From contig JADQBQ010000017.1 in the NCBI GenBank assembly GCA_016278505.1, forward strand, positions 37,357-101,356: DNA of 64,000 bases, in the 5' to 3' direction. Under the pieces are notes generated by a model, which saw only the letters and a list, made by a program, of their open reading frames with translations, did no database searches and had not been told where the DNA came from. Below are positions 10,257 through 18,905 of this stretch, in pieces. This stretch comes from Clostridiales bacterium (GTDB lineage Bacteria; Bacillota; Desulfotomaculia; Desulfotomaculales; VENG01). The position numbers and the translations under genes are program-made. Position 1 is the stretch's first letter, and the number at the start of each line of letters is the position of its first letter.

Positions 10257-10586
10257 TTAAAACAGTCCGGGAATCGGCGGCAATCCCATCCCCCCGGTAA
10301 CCTTTTTAATCTCCTCCTGCAGCATCTTCTTAGATTCAGTGAGAGCCTGGCTGAATGTTTCAGCAATAACCGCAGAAAGTTCGGCAGCATCTTTTTTATC
10401 AAAAACCTCCGGACCTATAATCACTTGTGTCAATTCCTGGTGCCCGTTCATGATCACACTTACTGTCCCGTCCTCCGAGGTTACTTTTACAGTCATATCA
10501 CGAACTTTTTTTTGCATTTCCTGAATATATTGCATCATGCCGCCCATATCCATACCCATGTGAGGTCCCTCCTTCAGTGCAAACAT
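10257..10586 (-). CDS. YbaB/EbfC-family nucleoid-associated protein, second copy
   Basis: 109 aa. The pattern MQ..QEMQKK...V..SEDG.V.V...G......I.PEV..D...L...I..........K......K..TGGMGLPPIPGLF parallels the canonical ybaB at 54292..54606, which ends [10 protein letters not shown]. Confidence 0.8.
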   Translation of the reverse strand: MFALKEGPHMGMDMGGMMQYIQEMQKKVRDMTVKVTSEDGTVSVIMNGHQELTQVIIGPEVFDKKDAAELSAVIAETFSQALTESKKMLQEEIKKVTGGMGLPPIPGLF

Positions 10587-10630
10587 AGATTTCTAAATTA
10601 TATGTTAAGGTGACTATAAATCAGAACAAG

Positions 10631-10668
10631 AAAAGCGTGCTAAATCAGTTCCCTTAACGCGCGCTTTT
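10631..10668. repeat. repeat module C (hairpin gcgcg-taagggaactgatt-agcgc with A/T runs), copy 1
   Basis: Reverse complement matches 16780..16822 (gtgcgcgctaagggaactgattgagcgcac). Confidence 0.8.
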
Positions 10669-10687
10669 CAGTACTTTTTTCCTTTGT

Positions 10688-10727
10688 CCTTGCCATTTAT
10701 AAATGGCAAGGTATACTTTCCTAAAGT
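10688..10727. repeat. repeat module B (palindrome ccttgccat-N-atggcaagg plus tatactttcctaaagt), copy 1
   Basis: The same module occurs at 57525..57560 and, inverted, at 16726..16762. Confidence 0.85.
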
Positions 10728-10740
10728 GTAAAAAAATAAA

Positions 10741-10770
10741 AAAAGCTGTTTTTACCAAACAGCTTTTTTT
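10741..10770 (-). terminator. intrinsic terminator after the SPOCS/CBM-like gene
   Basis: aaaagctgttt-ttacc-aaacagcttttttt hairpin with a T-run, downstream of the stop at 10812. Confidence 0.65.
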
Positions 10771-10811
10771 ACTTAATAGTGACAGCAATTCAGTCTGGCA
10801 TACAACCTTTA

Positions 10812-11924
10812 TTAACGCCTTTCTTCATAGTAGGTGCCGTATAAACCAACCCTCATACACTCAAGGGTAACATTATCGATCTTAACACTACTGGTGTTGT
10901 CACCTATGGGCGCAAAGGTAAACCGGGCCACAGCGCTCGTTGCATCTTCCGGGGCTACAGCATCCAAGCAGAAACGCCGGAAACTGTCATCGGGAATTTG
11001 CGTGGGCAGCAAATCTTCCCGCCGGGCTGTTATTTCATTCCCGTCGTCATCGAAAAATGCCAATTCTACAAGCAGGTTGAAGGATGCTCCTTCCGCGCCT
11101 GCATTTTCCCTTACATACCAACATAACCTGTATTCATATCCACCGTTTATATCCACCGTTTGGAAAAGAGCAGAGTTTAGAAGGCCTTGGTTATCACCGG
11201 TTCCACCAAGTTCAGCGGAATAACTGCCCTCATAAACAATATCACCATTTCGGTTGAGGTTGGATCCTCCCCAGAACAACGGATCGGTGTCGGACCCCCA
11301 GTTCTCCAGGCCGCCGTCTTTAAGGATATTCTTACCTTTCACGCAAACCTCACCCAGCCTCGGGCAGGCCTGCACCCAAATTTGACGCTCTTCTACAACT
11401 TTAACCCTAAAAGTCATTTCCCCGGTTTGGCTGAGACGACTGCCCCCGCGCAGGCTCCAGCGCATATCAATTTTCTTTTCCCAAATTTCGCCGTAAACAT
11501 CATCTTCGTCAACAACAGGAGCGGGTTCAGCTAATGTAATATCGTCAGAAAAAGGAATATCTTCGGCATAATGCCTTACGTCATTATCCCTGTTAACGTA
11601 GTAAATTTGCTTGTGCAGGGTTCCCTCGATCATAATCTTTTTAACAACAGGCAGTCTGCCTTCCGGGTGTCCCCAACCGAATCTTTCCCATCCTTCTTCT
11701 TCGATAATACTAACCCAATCATTACCGTCTTCATGCACGAAAAGGGGCCTTACTCTAAAATCCAGCAGGCGGGCATCGATATGGTCCACTTTCTGAGCCA
11801 ACTCCGGCAAATGAGCGATATTATCTACCATCACGCTAATATCTTCATCGGCCAGGACAACGGGAACTTTCACCTTTACGCAAAGTACATTTTCGGGTTC
11901 CCTGTAAAAGTACTCTAATGCCAT
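10812..11924 (-). CDS. SPOCS (DUF3794)-like N-terminal domain protein with C-terminal carbohydrate-binding-module-like beta-sandwich
   Basis: 370 aa. The N-terminus (VKVKVPVVLADEDISV...) resembles the repeats of the upstream gene. The C-terminal ~150 aa (YEYRLCWYVRE...ARFTFAP...VKIDNVTLE) has the CBM4/9-type jelly-roll pattern. The domain names are inferred by eye and no search was run. Confidence 0.55.
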   Translation of the reverse strand: MALEYFYREPENVLCVKVKVPVVLADEDISVMVDNIAHLPELAQKVDHIDARLLDFRVRPLFVHEDGNDWVSIIEEEGWERFGWGHPEGRLPVVKKIMIEGTLHKQIYYVNRDNDVRHYAEDIPFSDDITLAEPAPVVDEDDVYGEIWEKKIDMRWSLRGGSRLSQTGEMTFRVKVVEERQIWVQACPRLGEVCVKGKNILKDGGLENWGSDTDPLFWGGSNLNRNGDIVYEGSYSAELGGTGDNQGLLNSALFQTVDINGGYEYRLCWYVRENAGAEGASFNLLVELAFFDDDGNEITARREDLLPTQIPDDSFRRFCLDAVAPEDATSAVARFTFAPIGDNTSSVKIDNVTLECMRVGLYGTYYEERR

Positions 11925-11950
11925 TTACATAAACCTCCTTTGTTATTAAT

Positions 11951-13495
11951 CTAACCTTTAGCTCCGCAGGGAATGGTAATCGTATCACCAACCTTAAGGT
12001 TCTGAGGATTTACCCCCGGGTTGGCGGCAATAATGGCGTTAACAGTAGTACTATACCTTTGGGCCAGCTCGAAAAGAGTATCTCCCTGTTTAATGGTGTA
12101 ATCAATTGTTTCACCGGGTAGACACACATCAGGTTCTTCTATCATTTCGGCAGTAACAACTTCCCGCTGCATAGATTCGGTAACTCTTACCCTTACCTTC
12201 ATTACCAATTCCACATGTACATTACAACTTTCATAATCAGACTTGATGTACTCCACTATGGGTGTAACCATTACATTCATACCGTTCTCCGCACCCGGGA
12301 TTTCCACAAATGTACGGAAATTAATACGCTGGTGCATGGAATGAACCGGCTGGTCATCCAGTGCAGCCACGTAGATAATATTCACATCAACATAGCCGCG
12401 TAGGATTACTTTGTTATTAATAACTTTGCTCTCTGTAATCTTTACTTCCTTGGCAGTGGTATCCAAAACCTTTTCCACATCAGGTTTGGGGTCCGGTGTC
12501 TCAAAGGACTCCCTTAAGACCACCTGGGCAGAATCTTCACCCACAACACTTTCAATATTGAGCAGTGTTTTCTCAAAAGATACCCCTGCAACCTCGGTTA
12601 CCACGTTAATCTGCTTGGGCTCCATTACCCTGGCATTAAGTTCCAGCACAATGTAAGCAGTCAAGCTGTCGGCGTACGCGCCCTTGGTTTCCACATCTAC
12701 ATCTTCTACATAGGCATCCACTTCCACGTTCATGCCCGGAGCTGCCCCGGGGACTTCGATAAAGTGGCTAAAACTAAAGCTTTGATGCATGTTGTGCACC
12801 GGCTGGCTTGGTTCAAAGGCCACGTATGTTACTTGTATGGTCACTTCACCGTCAATGATAACCTTATCCTTGACAATGCGCGTATCCGTAATAGTAGTCT
12901 GAGTATCCACATCCAGAATCTTTTCCACGGGCGGTTTTTCCGCAGGCACCTCAAATTCATCACTAACAATTACCTGTGAACTTTCTTGGTTAACTAGATC
13001 ATCAACATTAATCATTTCGGACTCTACATCATACCCGGGGACATCTACCACTACTTCAATCTGGCGGTTCTCGGTTACCTTGGCAGACACCTCTAAAACA
13101 GCCGCCACATCGAAATCCCGTGGTTTTTTATTACTGCGGTTCACGCTCACGTCCTCAATATCAATATCAACTTTTACATTCATATCAGGGGTAGCGCCGG
13201 GGACGTCAACATAACCGGTAAAATTAATCTGTTCGTGCATATGATGTACGGCCTGGTCTGGTTTAAAAGCCACATAGACAACTTGCAGCGTAAGCGTTCC
13301 CTCAATAATGACCTTGTCAGGGACGATGCTGATATCTTTTACCGTGGCCGTTCTATCCACGGACAAAATCTCATCCACATCCGGTTTTGGGTCGGGTACG
13401 GTAATTGTACCTCGCACAACAGTTTGAGCGGTTTGCTCATTAACCACTTGGTTTATTGTTAGTTGTTCTGTAACCGGTGCCACTTGTGCAGCCAT
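11951..13495 (-). CDS. spore-coat-assembly-type protein: 3x SPOCS/DUF3794 repeats plus C-terminal LysM
   Basis: Three ~130-aa internal repeats (VPDPKPDV(D/E)(E/K)IL..D....), each ending ...PG..P.MNV.V. C-terminal LysM YTIKQGDTLFELAQRYSTTVNAIIAANP...LKVGDTITIP. The ATG at 13495 (RBS aaaggaggag) is preferred over the ORF-track start at 13558. Confidence 0.75.
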   Translation of the reverse strand: MAAQVAPVTEQLTINQVVNEQTAQTVVRGTITVPDPKPDVDEILSVDRTATVKDISIVPDKVIIEGTLTLQVVYVAFKPDQAVHHMHEQINFTGYVDVPGATPDMNVKVDIDIEDVSVNRSNKKPRDFDVAAVLEVSAKVTENRQIEVVVDVPGYDVESEMINVDDLVNQESSQVIVSDEFEVPAEKPPVEKILDVDTQTTITDTRIVKDKVIIDGEVTIQVTYVAFEPSQPVHNMHQSFSFSHFIEVPGAAPGMNVEVDAYVEDVDVETKGAYADSLTAYIVLELNARVMEPKQINVVTEVAGVSFEKTLLNIESVVGEDSAQVVLRESFETPDPKPDVEKVLDTTAKEVKITESKVINNKVILRGYVDVNIIYVAALDDQPVHSMHQRINFRTFVEIPGAENGMNVMVTPIVEYIKSDYESCNVHVELVMKVRVRVTESMQREVVTAEMIEEPDVCLPGETIDYTIKQGDTLFELAQRYSTTVNAIIAANPGVNPQNLKVGDTITIPCGAKG

Positions 13496-13583
13496 GCATA
13501 CTCCTCCTTTCATGGATGTTCTGTAATATAATATGGAGTCCCCTATAGAAGTGTGCAAAGATCAGAGCAATAGGGGCCATAAG

Positions 13584-13619
13584 AAAAAAAAGGAAGGACG
13601 ATTTTAAATCGCCCTTCCT
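13584..13619 (-). terminator. intrinsic terminator after the triple-CAP gene
   Basis: aggaagg(a)cgatttt-aaatcg(c)ccttcct hairpin followed by T8 on the minus strand. Confidence 0.7.
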
Positions 13620-13624
13620 GAAAA

Positions 13625-15304
13625 CTACCCAATAAACATCTGCACAAACATCTTTCCGTAAGGACCGCCGTCAACTACTCCAATGCCCACTTGATCAAAA
13701 TTGTCATTTAATATGTTCCTCCGGTGGCCGGAAGAATTCATGAGATTGGTGTGGGCGGAAGAAACTGTTGGTGCCCCGGCCAGGTTTTCCCCGGCATAGC
13801 CGAACCTGATGCCAAACTGCCGCATCATATCAAAGGGTGAACCGTAAGTAGGTGAAGTATGCCCGAAATAACCCTTATCAATCATATCCCTGGCTTTTAC
13901 CCGCGCCACTTTGGCTACCTCCAGATTGGACTGCAGGGCCCCTACCCCCCGGCTTATACGTTCTTTATTGACCAGGCTAAGCATCTGCTTCTCGTCCGGA
14001 GTCAAGCCCTGGGTATCACCGGGGTTAGGCCGGGGATCGGGTTCAGGTTCTGGCTGCGGTTGCGGTGTAGGTTGAGGACTGGGTTCGGGCTGGGAATCAG
14101 GCTGGGGCACACTCCCACCGCCTTGACCGCGGATAAACATTTGGACAAAGTATTTGTAATAACCGTCATTAACAACTGCAATACCAACACGGTTAAAGTT
14201 TTCATTTAATATATTTGCCCTGTGCCCGGACGAATTCATCAACCCGTTATGGGCGGAATTAACGGAACCGGCTTTGGCCAGGTTTTCACCGGCATAGAAA
14301 TACTGCACCCCGGCACTGCGCATCATTGCAAAGGGTGAGCCATAAGTGGGAGATGTGTGGCTGAAATACCCCTTTTCTATCATATCCTGCGCCTTGAGCC
14401 GGCCCAGTCCAACCAGTGTAGCATCGGCCTTTAAAGGCTGTAGTCCCCTCTGCACACGTTCACGATTAACCAATTCCAACATTTGCCTCTCGCTGGCATT
14501 CATTATTGCCGTATCCCCGTTGTCAGCAGGGGGTGAGGGCTGCGGTTCAGGATCCGGCTTTGGTTGTGGATCTGGTGTTGGCTGGGGTTCCGGCTGTGGG
14601 TCAGGACGGTCCTCTTGAGGTCCATCTCCCACCAGAATTTGGACTATGTATTTTCGCTGCCCGTCATCCTGTACCGCTATACCAATAGCATCGTAGCGGG
14701 AGTCCAGCAGATCTTCACTGTGCGACTGATACCGCATTAACGCACGGTGAACAAGATTTACCGAAACAGATACCGAGGTGCGCGCAATTTTAGGCTTTAC
14801 ATAGCTGTACTCAAGACCTGCGTCATCCAGCATATCCCGGACATTTCCATAAGTGCGTGAATTGTAACTTAAGTAACCGTTTTCCACCATATCCTTAGCT
14901 TTTAGCTTTGCAATTTCGGTAATTTTCTCATCAAGGGCTAGACGGGATACCCCCGCTTCGACACGTGACTCGTTGATCAAGTCTGCCAGCTTACGTTCAT
15001 CCTGGTTTAGGGAAATTGAGCCTACCGCCACGGAAGGATCAGGCCCCAGCATTACATCTCCCGTTTCCAACTTGTCAAATTGTTTTTTTACGCTTGCTTC
15101 TTCCATCAACTGGTCGAGCTTCTGGTAAATTGGGAAATTATCAGATGCATCACCAGCTGCTTCATCTACCGGCAAAATCTCTACTTCCGGAGTTAATACT
15201 TTTTCCCCCGCTAGTACCGGTGAGGGCACAAAAACAAGGGTCACCATAAAAATTGCCGTCAACATTACCAACAAGCTAAATTGTTTTTTGTCAGTCTGCA
15301 CCAT
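13625..15304 (-). CDS. secreted protein with three CAP/SCP (YkwD-like) domains joined by Pro-rich linkers
   Basis: 559 aa with an N-terminal signal/TM segment. Three repeats contain the motif Y.(G/S)HTSPTYGSPF.MM....G......AGENLA......SAH..LMNSSGHR.NIL. The linkers read PDPQPEPQPTPDPQPKPDPEPQP and PQPDSQPEPSPQPTPQPQPEPEPDP. Confidence 0.8.
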   Translation of the reverse strand: MVQTDKKQFSLLVMLTAIFMVTLVFVPSPVLAGEKVLTPEVEILPVDEAAGDASDNFPIYQKLDQLMEEASVKKQFDKLETGDVMLGPDPSVAVGSISLNQDERKLADLINESRVEAGVSRLALDEKITEIAKLKAKDMVENGYLSYNSRTYGNVRDMLDDAGLEYSYVKPKIARTSVSVSVNLVHRALMRYQSHSEDLLDSRYDAIGIAVQDDGQRKYIVQILVGDGPQEDRPDPQPEPQPTPDPQPKPDPEPQPSPPADNGDTAIMNASERQMLELVNRERVQRGLQPLKADATLVGLGRLKAQDMIEKGYFSHTSPTYGSPFAMMRSAGVQYFYAGENLAKAGSVNSAHNGLMNSSGHRANILNENFNRVGIAVVNDGYYKYFVQMFIRGQGGGSVPQPDSQPEPSPQPTPQPQPEPEPDPRPNPGDTQGLTPDEKQMLSLVNKERISRGVGALQSNLEVAKVARVKARDMIDKGYFGHTSPTYGSPFDMMRQFGIRFGYAGENLAGAPTVSSAHTNLMNSSGHRRNILNDNFDQVGIGVVDGGPYGKMFVQMFIG

Positions 15305-15516
15305 GATGCTCCTTTCTGGCTAACTTAATCCTAACTTGGCGTTATGAGGCTGGATTAAGTAAACATGGAAGTTGTACATGCCTAATGCTACCAAATGGGT
15401 CTATACTTAGCAATTTGTGTAATTTTACTTAAGCAGGTAAATCATTAACACACGACAGGTGTTTCCCCATAGGATTTTAATTTACATAAAATAGGTGCCA
15501 CATGGCATAAGTAACC

Positions 15517-15545
15517 AAAAAAACCAGCAAAAAAATGCTGGTTTT
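15517..15545 (-). terminator. intrinsic terminator after the 15571..15972 ORF
   Basis: aaccagca-aaaaaaa-tgctggtt hairpin with a T-run on the minus strand. Confidence 0.65.
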
Positions 15546-15570
15546 AAAAAAATGAATTTTCGGTAGTTAC

Positions 15571-15972
15571 TTAATTCAAAGCCAGCAATACAGCCCCCAA
15601 ACCCTGCGTAAGAGCAAGGCACTCAATATCGCCGCTGTTATCTAAGCAAAAAGAGGTGACCACAAAAAGCCTTTTTCTCAGCCCTTTACGAAACCTCATT
15701 AACATTAACTCATCCAGATTTTTTAAGGCTTCCAACCGAACCTCATTTCGCTTGAGCACAAGAGAGTACGTTCCCTCCGGCTGCTTGACAAATATTACAC
15801 TGCACCTGCTTTGACCGGATGTCAGGCCAAGGCGGTCAAAATCTACCAGATAATCATTGATCGCGCGCACAGCATCATCCCTGTTATTATAAAAGGGACC
15901 GATGGCCGGAATGTTGTCTCCTCCCAAAAAAACTAAAGCCACATCTTTTACCCGGTACACCCTTATACCCAT
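15571..15972 (-). CDS. hypothetical protein, last gene of the yabG / split-protease string
   Basis: 133-aa ORF with no motif I recognise. Same strand as, and 57 nt downstream of, the protease C-terminal segment, with its own terminator. Confidence 0.45.
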   Translation of the reverse strand: MGIRVYRVKDVALVFLGGDNIPAIGPFYNNRDDAVRAINDYLVDFDRLGLTSGQSRCSVIFVKQPEGTYSLVLKRNEVRLEALKNLDELMLMRFRKGLRKRLFVVTSFCLDNSGDIECLALTQGLGAVLLALN

Positions 15973-16028
15973 GAGTCTTCCCCCGCATCAGATTCTTACC
16001 GCCCTGTATCCAGGTAAAAAATTGCATA

Positions 16029-16595
16029 TTAAAAAGTCACTTTTAACCGTTTTAAAACATTGTCTATCCTGTTAAAAACGGAAAACTGGTCGGAACCGGC
16101 AAACACCAGGCCAACTGCCTCATTTTCGCGGTTTAGCATGAGTGACCCGCTATCACCGGGGTTGACTACACAATCTGAAACCACTTGATCGGAAAACCAA
16201 CCATACTCTTCCTTATCTAATTCCACTTTTAAGCTTACTCCCATGGCTGTTACTTCTCCTTCGGTGAGGCCGCTGGAGCGCCCGCTTTTTTGCACTATCA
16301 TTCCTACCTCCGGCTCGCCGGTACCAGCCACAGCCCCTAATTCCATAACTTCTCCGGCGATCAAATTAGGACTGTCAGGCTTTGCCACTGCAGCGTCAAT
16401 AATATTGCTTGACCGGGTATGTTTAACCAATCTCATTTCATAATTGCTGCGAATCAACTTGATTATCTTATTGCCCAGTTTTTGCGACCCCGCCGCTACC
16501 GGACAACTAGGCTCCTGCACGGAACGCTCCAAGGGAATAAATCTTTCCAACCTGGCGATGCGGTCTTTATTAGTACCGCCGTCGTAAGGGCCGGG
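16029..16595 (-). pseudogene. C-terminal segment of an interrupted trypsin-fold (S1-like) serine protease gene
   Basis: The frame is open from the TAA at 16596-16598 and reads PGPYDGGTNKDRIARLERF... It contains the catalytic Asp context NIIDAAVAK and the Ser motif NPGDSGSLM. There is no credible own start or RBS, since the ORF-track 'M' is an internal TTG. It continues the frame of 26555..26094 across a shared 15-bp core. Confidence 0.85.
16581..16595. repeat. 15-bp direct repeat / putative attachment-site core (left junction)
   Basis: GTCGTAAGGGCCGGG is identical to 26094..26108. It encodes PGPYD in the protease frame at both sites. Confidence 0.85.
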
Positions 16596-16686
16596 TTAGC
16601 ACACTATATTGGAAAGGGAATTTAAAACAAAGAAAAAATCCGGAGAAACAATCACCGGACCAGATGGTTAACAAAGCTGTGTAGTT

Positions 16687-16995
16687 AACCTGTCTTTTAC
16701 GCCCGCTCATTCATTTCATCTCGCACTTTAGTAAAGCATACCTTGCCATATATATGGCAAGGGCTACGGTGTAACGTATAAAAAAGTGCGCGCTAAGGGA
16801 ACTGATTGAGCGCACTTTTTTTACAGGCCAGGCTAGAGCTCAGTCTCACGCTCCAGCGGGGTTCCCGCCCCATCCGCCGTCCTGGCTCAGGGGGCGACCT
16901 CGCACGTCCTGTGCTCGGCCCCGCTTACACTTATCGACTTCGCTAAGCCTGGCAGCTGCTCGATTCAATTCATTTGCTCTGCGCAAAAGACAGGT
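16687..16995 (-). repeat. repeat family A copy 3 (inverted orientation) with a nested 100-bp insertion of modules B and C
   Basis: 16687-16725 and 16826-16995 are collinear with the reverse complement of 49199..49408. 16726-16825 is extra sequence made of module B (16726-16762) and module C (16780-16822). Confidence 0.85.
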
Positions 16996-17038
16996 TGGTC
17001 ATTAGTCTCGTCGGAGTAACAATCTCCGGATCTTCCTT

Positions 17039-18223
17039 CTAATTTTTCTCGCAGATTATTTTAGCAAGTTTCCTGCCGGTCTCTTTAACACTTTGCAGCT
17101 CATCGTCATCCGGGACATACTGAATATTGAGTAATTCGTGCGGAATTTCCCAATTCATATCCTTAAGAACCTCTTCTACATGTCGTGCTCCCTGGCCACC
17201 CCAACCGTAAGAGCCAAAAGCAAGTCCAATGCGGTTTTTGGGACGTAATCCCTTTACATAGGTTAGAAAACCGGCAACTGTGGGAAGCATACCGTTATTC
17301 AAAGTCGAGGACCCCACTAGAACAGCTTTGGATAGTAATACATCGGTCATTATCTCCGACATGTGGCTTGTTTGTAGAAAGCGGGTCGTAACCGGGATAC
17401 CGGCATCCTCCAGCCCGTTGGCCAGCGCGTTAGCGATTTCCTTGGTGGAACCCCACATGGTATCGTAAACAATAAGCGCCTTTTGGTCAGTTTCATGGTT
17501 TGCCCACTTAGGGTAAACTTCCAGAAGTTGTGGTATAAAAGACCGCCATATCACCCCGTGACTAGGGGCAATCATATCAATAGGTAATTGTCCCAGCACA
17601 TCCAAAGCTTTTTTTACCTGGTCCCCGTAAGGCAGGACAATATTAGCATAGTACGTGGCCGCCTCTTCATGGACTATGTCCCAACCCAGCTGATCATCGA
17701 AACGTTCCGTGCTGCCAATATGTTGCCCAAAGGCATCGTTGGGCAACAGCAGCTTGTCTTCAGGAATATAAGTAACCATGGAATCAGGCCAGTGAACCAT
17801 AGGGGTCTGCACAAACTTTAAAGTATGGGAACCCAGATTCATTTCATCACCGGACTTTATAATCTGATATTCCCACTCCTTTTTGTAGTGCCTTTCCAGC
17901 CCTTTTTTGCCCTTATCGGAGGTAATAATTTTAGCCTCCGGGGCAACTTCCATAATTTTGGGGACACTGCCGGAATGGTCCATCTCCACATGGTTTACTA
18001 CCAGATAATCAATTTTTGCCGGATCAATTATATCCTTTATACGCTCCAGCATTTCCTCAAAAAGATAGTGTTTTACGGTATCCACCAGGGTTATTTTATC
18101 ATCCACAATTAAGTACGCGTTATAAGTAGTACCCCGGGGAGTCAGATAACCATGAAAATAGCGAAGGTTCCAATCAATACCGCCCACCCAGTATATTTTT
18201 GGCTTAATTTCCACAGCCTTCAT
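17039..18223 (-). CDS. fprA: flavodiiron protein (FprA-type A flavoprotein; metallo-beta-lactamase-like plus flavodoxin domains)
   Basis: 394 aa. The di-iron motif HVEMDHSG sits in the N-terminal beta-lactamase-like domain and the C-terminal domain is flavodoxin-like (VYDTMWGSTKEIA). Confidence 0.9.
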   Translation of the reverse strand: MKAVEIKPKIYWVGGIDWNLRYFHGYLTPRGTTYNAYLIVDDKITLVDTVKHYLFEEMLERIKDIIDPAKIDYLVVNHVEMDHSGSVPKIMEVAPEAKIITSDKGKKGLERHYKKEWEYQIIKSGDEMNLGSHTLKFVQTPMVHWPDSMVTYIPEDKLLLPNDAFGQHIGSTERFDDQLGWDIVHEEAATYYANIVLPYGDQVKKALDVLGQLPIDMIAPSHGVIWRSFIPQLLEVYPKWANHETDQKALIVYDTMWGSTKEIANALANGLEDAGIPVTTRFLQTSHMSEIMTDVLLSKAVLVGSSTLNNGMLPTVAGFLTYVKGLRPKNRIGLAFGSYGWGGQGARHVEEVLKDMNWEIPHELLNIQYVPDDDELQSVKETGRKLAKIICEKN

Positions 18224-18267
18224 ATCCTTTTATCCTCCTTTCGCATTTTCTTTTTTACTTCTTAGCT

Positions 18268-18840
18268 TCAATAATTCTCGGCCATAATCTCATAAAAGCT
18301 CTGCGGGTGATCGCATGCGGGACATCTATCGGGCGCCCCGGTGCTCTCGTGTAAATACCCACAATTGCGGCATCTCCAGGTAACCTTTTGGTCACGCTTA
18401 AAAACTTTTCCCTGCTCAATATTTTCGATAAACTTTTTATACCGCTCTTCATGACCCACCTCTGCATTGGCGATGGCCCTAAAAACACCCGCAATTTTGG
18501 CAAAGCCCTCTTCCTCTGCTGTATTAGCAAATTCCGGATACATTATTTGGTGCTCGTGATTTTCCCCACCCACAGCAGCTTTTAAATTCTCCACCGTAGT
18601 ACCGATAAGTCCGGCCGGAAAAGATGTGGAAACCTCTACTTCTCCGCCTTCCAGAAATTTAAATAAGCGCTTAGCATGTTCTTTTTCATGATCCGCGGTT
18701 TCCAGGAATGCGGCTGATATTTGCTCATAACCTTCCTTTTTGGCAATACTGGCAAAATAAGTGTAACGGTTCCTGGCCTGTGACTCACCCGCAAAAGCAG
18801 TAAGTAAATTACGCTCTGTTTTAGTTCCCTTTAAAGTCAT
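18268..18840 (-). CDS. rbr: rubrerythrin
   Basis: 190 aa. Ferritin-like di-iron four-helix region with EGE.QA...Y and E..H motifs, plus a C-terminal rubredoxin-like WRCRNCG...CPAC. Confidence 0.95.
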   Translation of the reverse strand: MTLKGTKTERNLLTAFAGESQARNRYTYFASIAKKEGYEQISAAFLETADHEKEHAKRLFKFLEGGEVEVSTSFPAGLIGTTVENLKAAVGGENHEHQIMYPEFANTAEEEGFAKIAGVFRAIANAEVGHEERYKKFIENIEQGKVFKRDQKVTWRCRNCGYLHESTGAPDRCPACDHPQSFYEIMAENY

Positions 18841-18880
18841 TTTAATTTTCCCCCTTTAGAAACAGGCTCAAATATGAACC

Positions 18881-18895
18881 TTGTAATAATTATAA
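18881..18895. promoter_or_regulatory. PerR/Fur-family operator (PerR-box-like 7-1-7 palindrome)
   Basis: TTGTAATAATTATAA differs at one position from the B. subtilis PerR box TTATAATNATTATAA. It lies between the putative -10 and the rbr start codon. Confidence 0.55.
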
Positions 18896-18905
18896 GTTAG
18901 TAACT

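Noticed and set aside
18255-18530. 91-aa minus-strand ORF overlapping rubrerythrin in another frame
   Set aside because: It is an alternative frame of the rbr gene, and the rbr frame carries the diagnostic di-iron and rubredoxin motifs.
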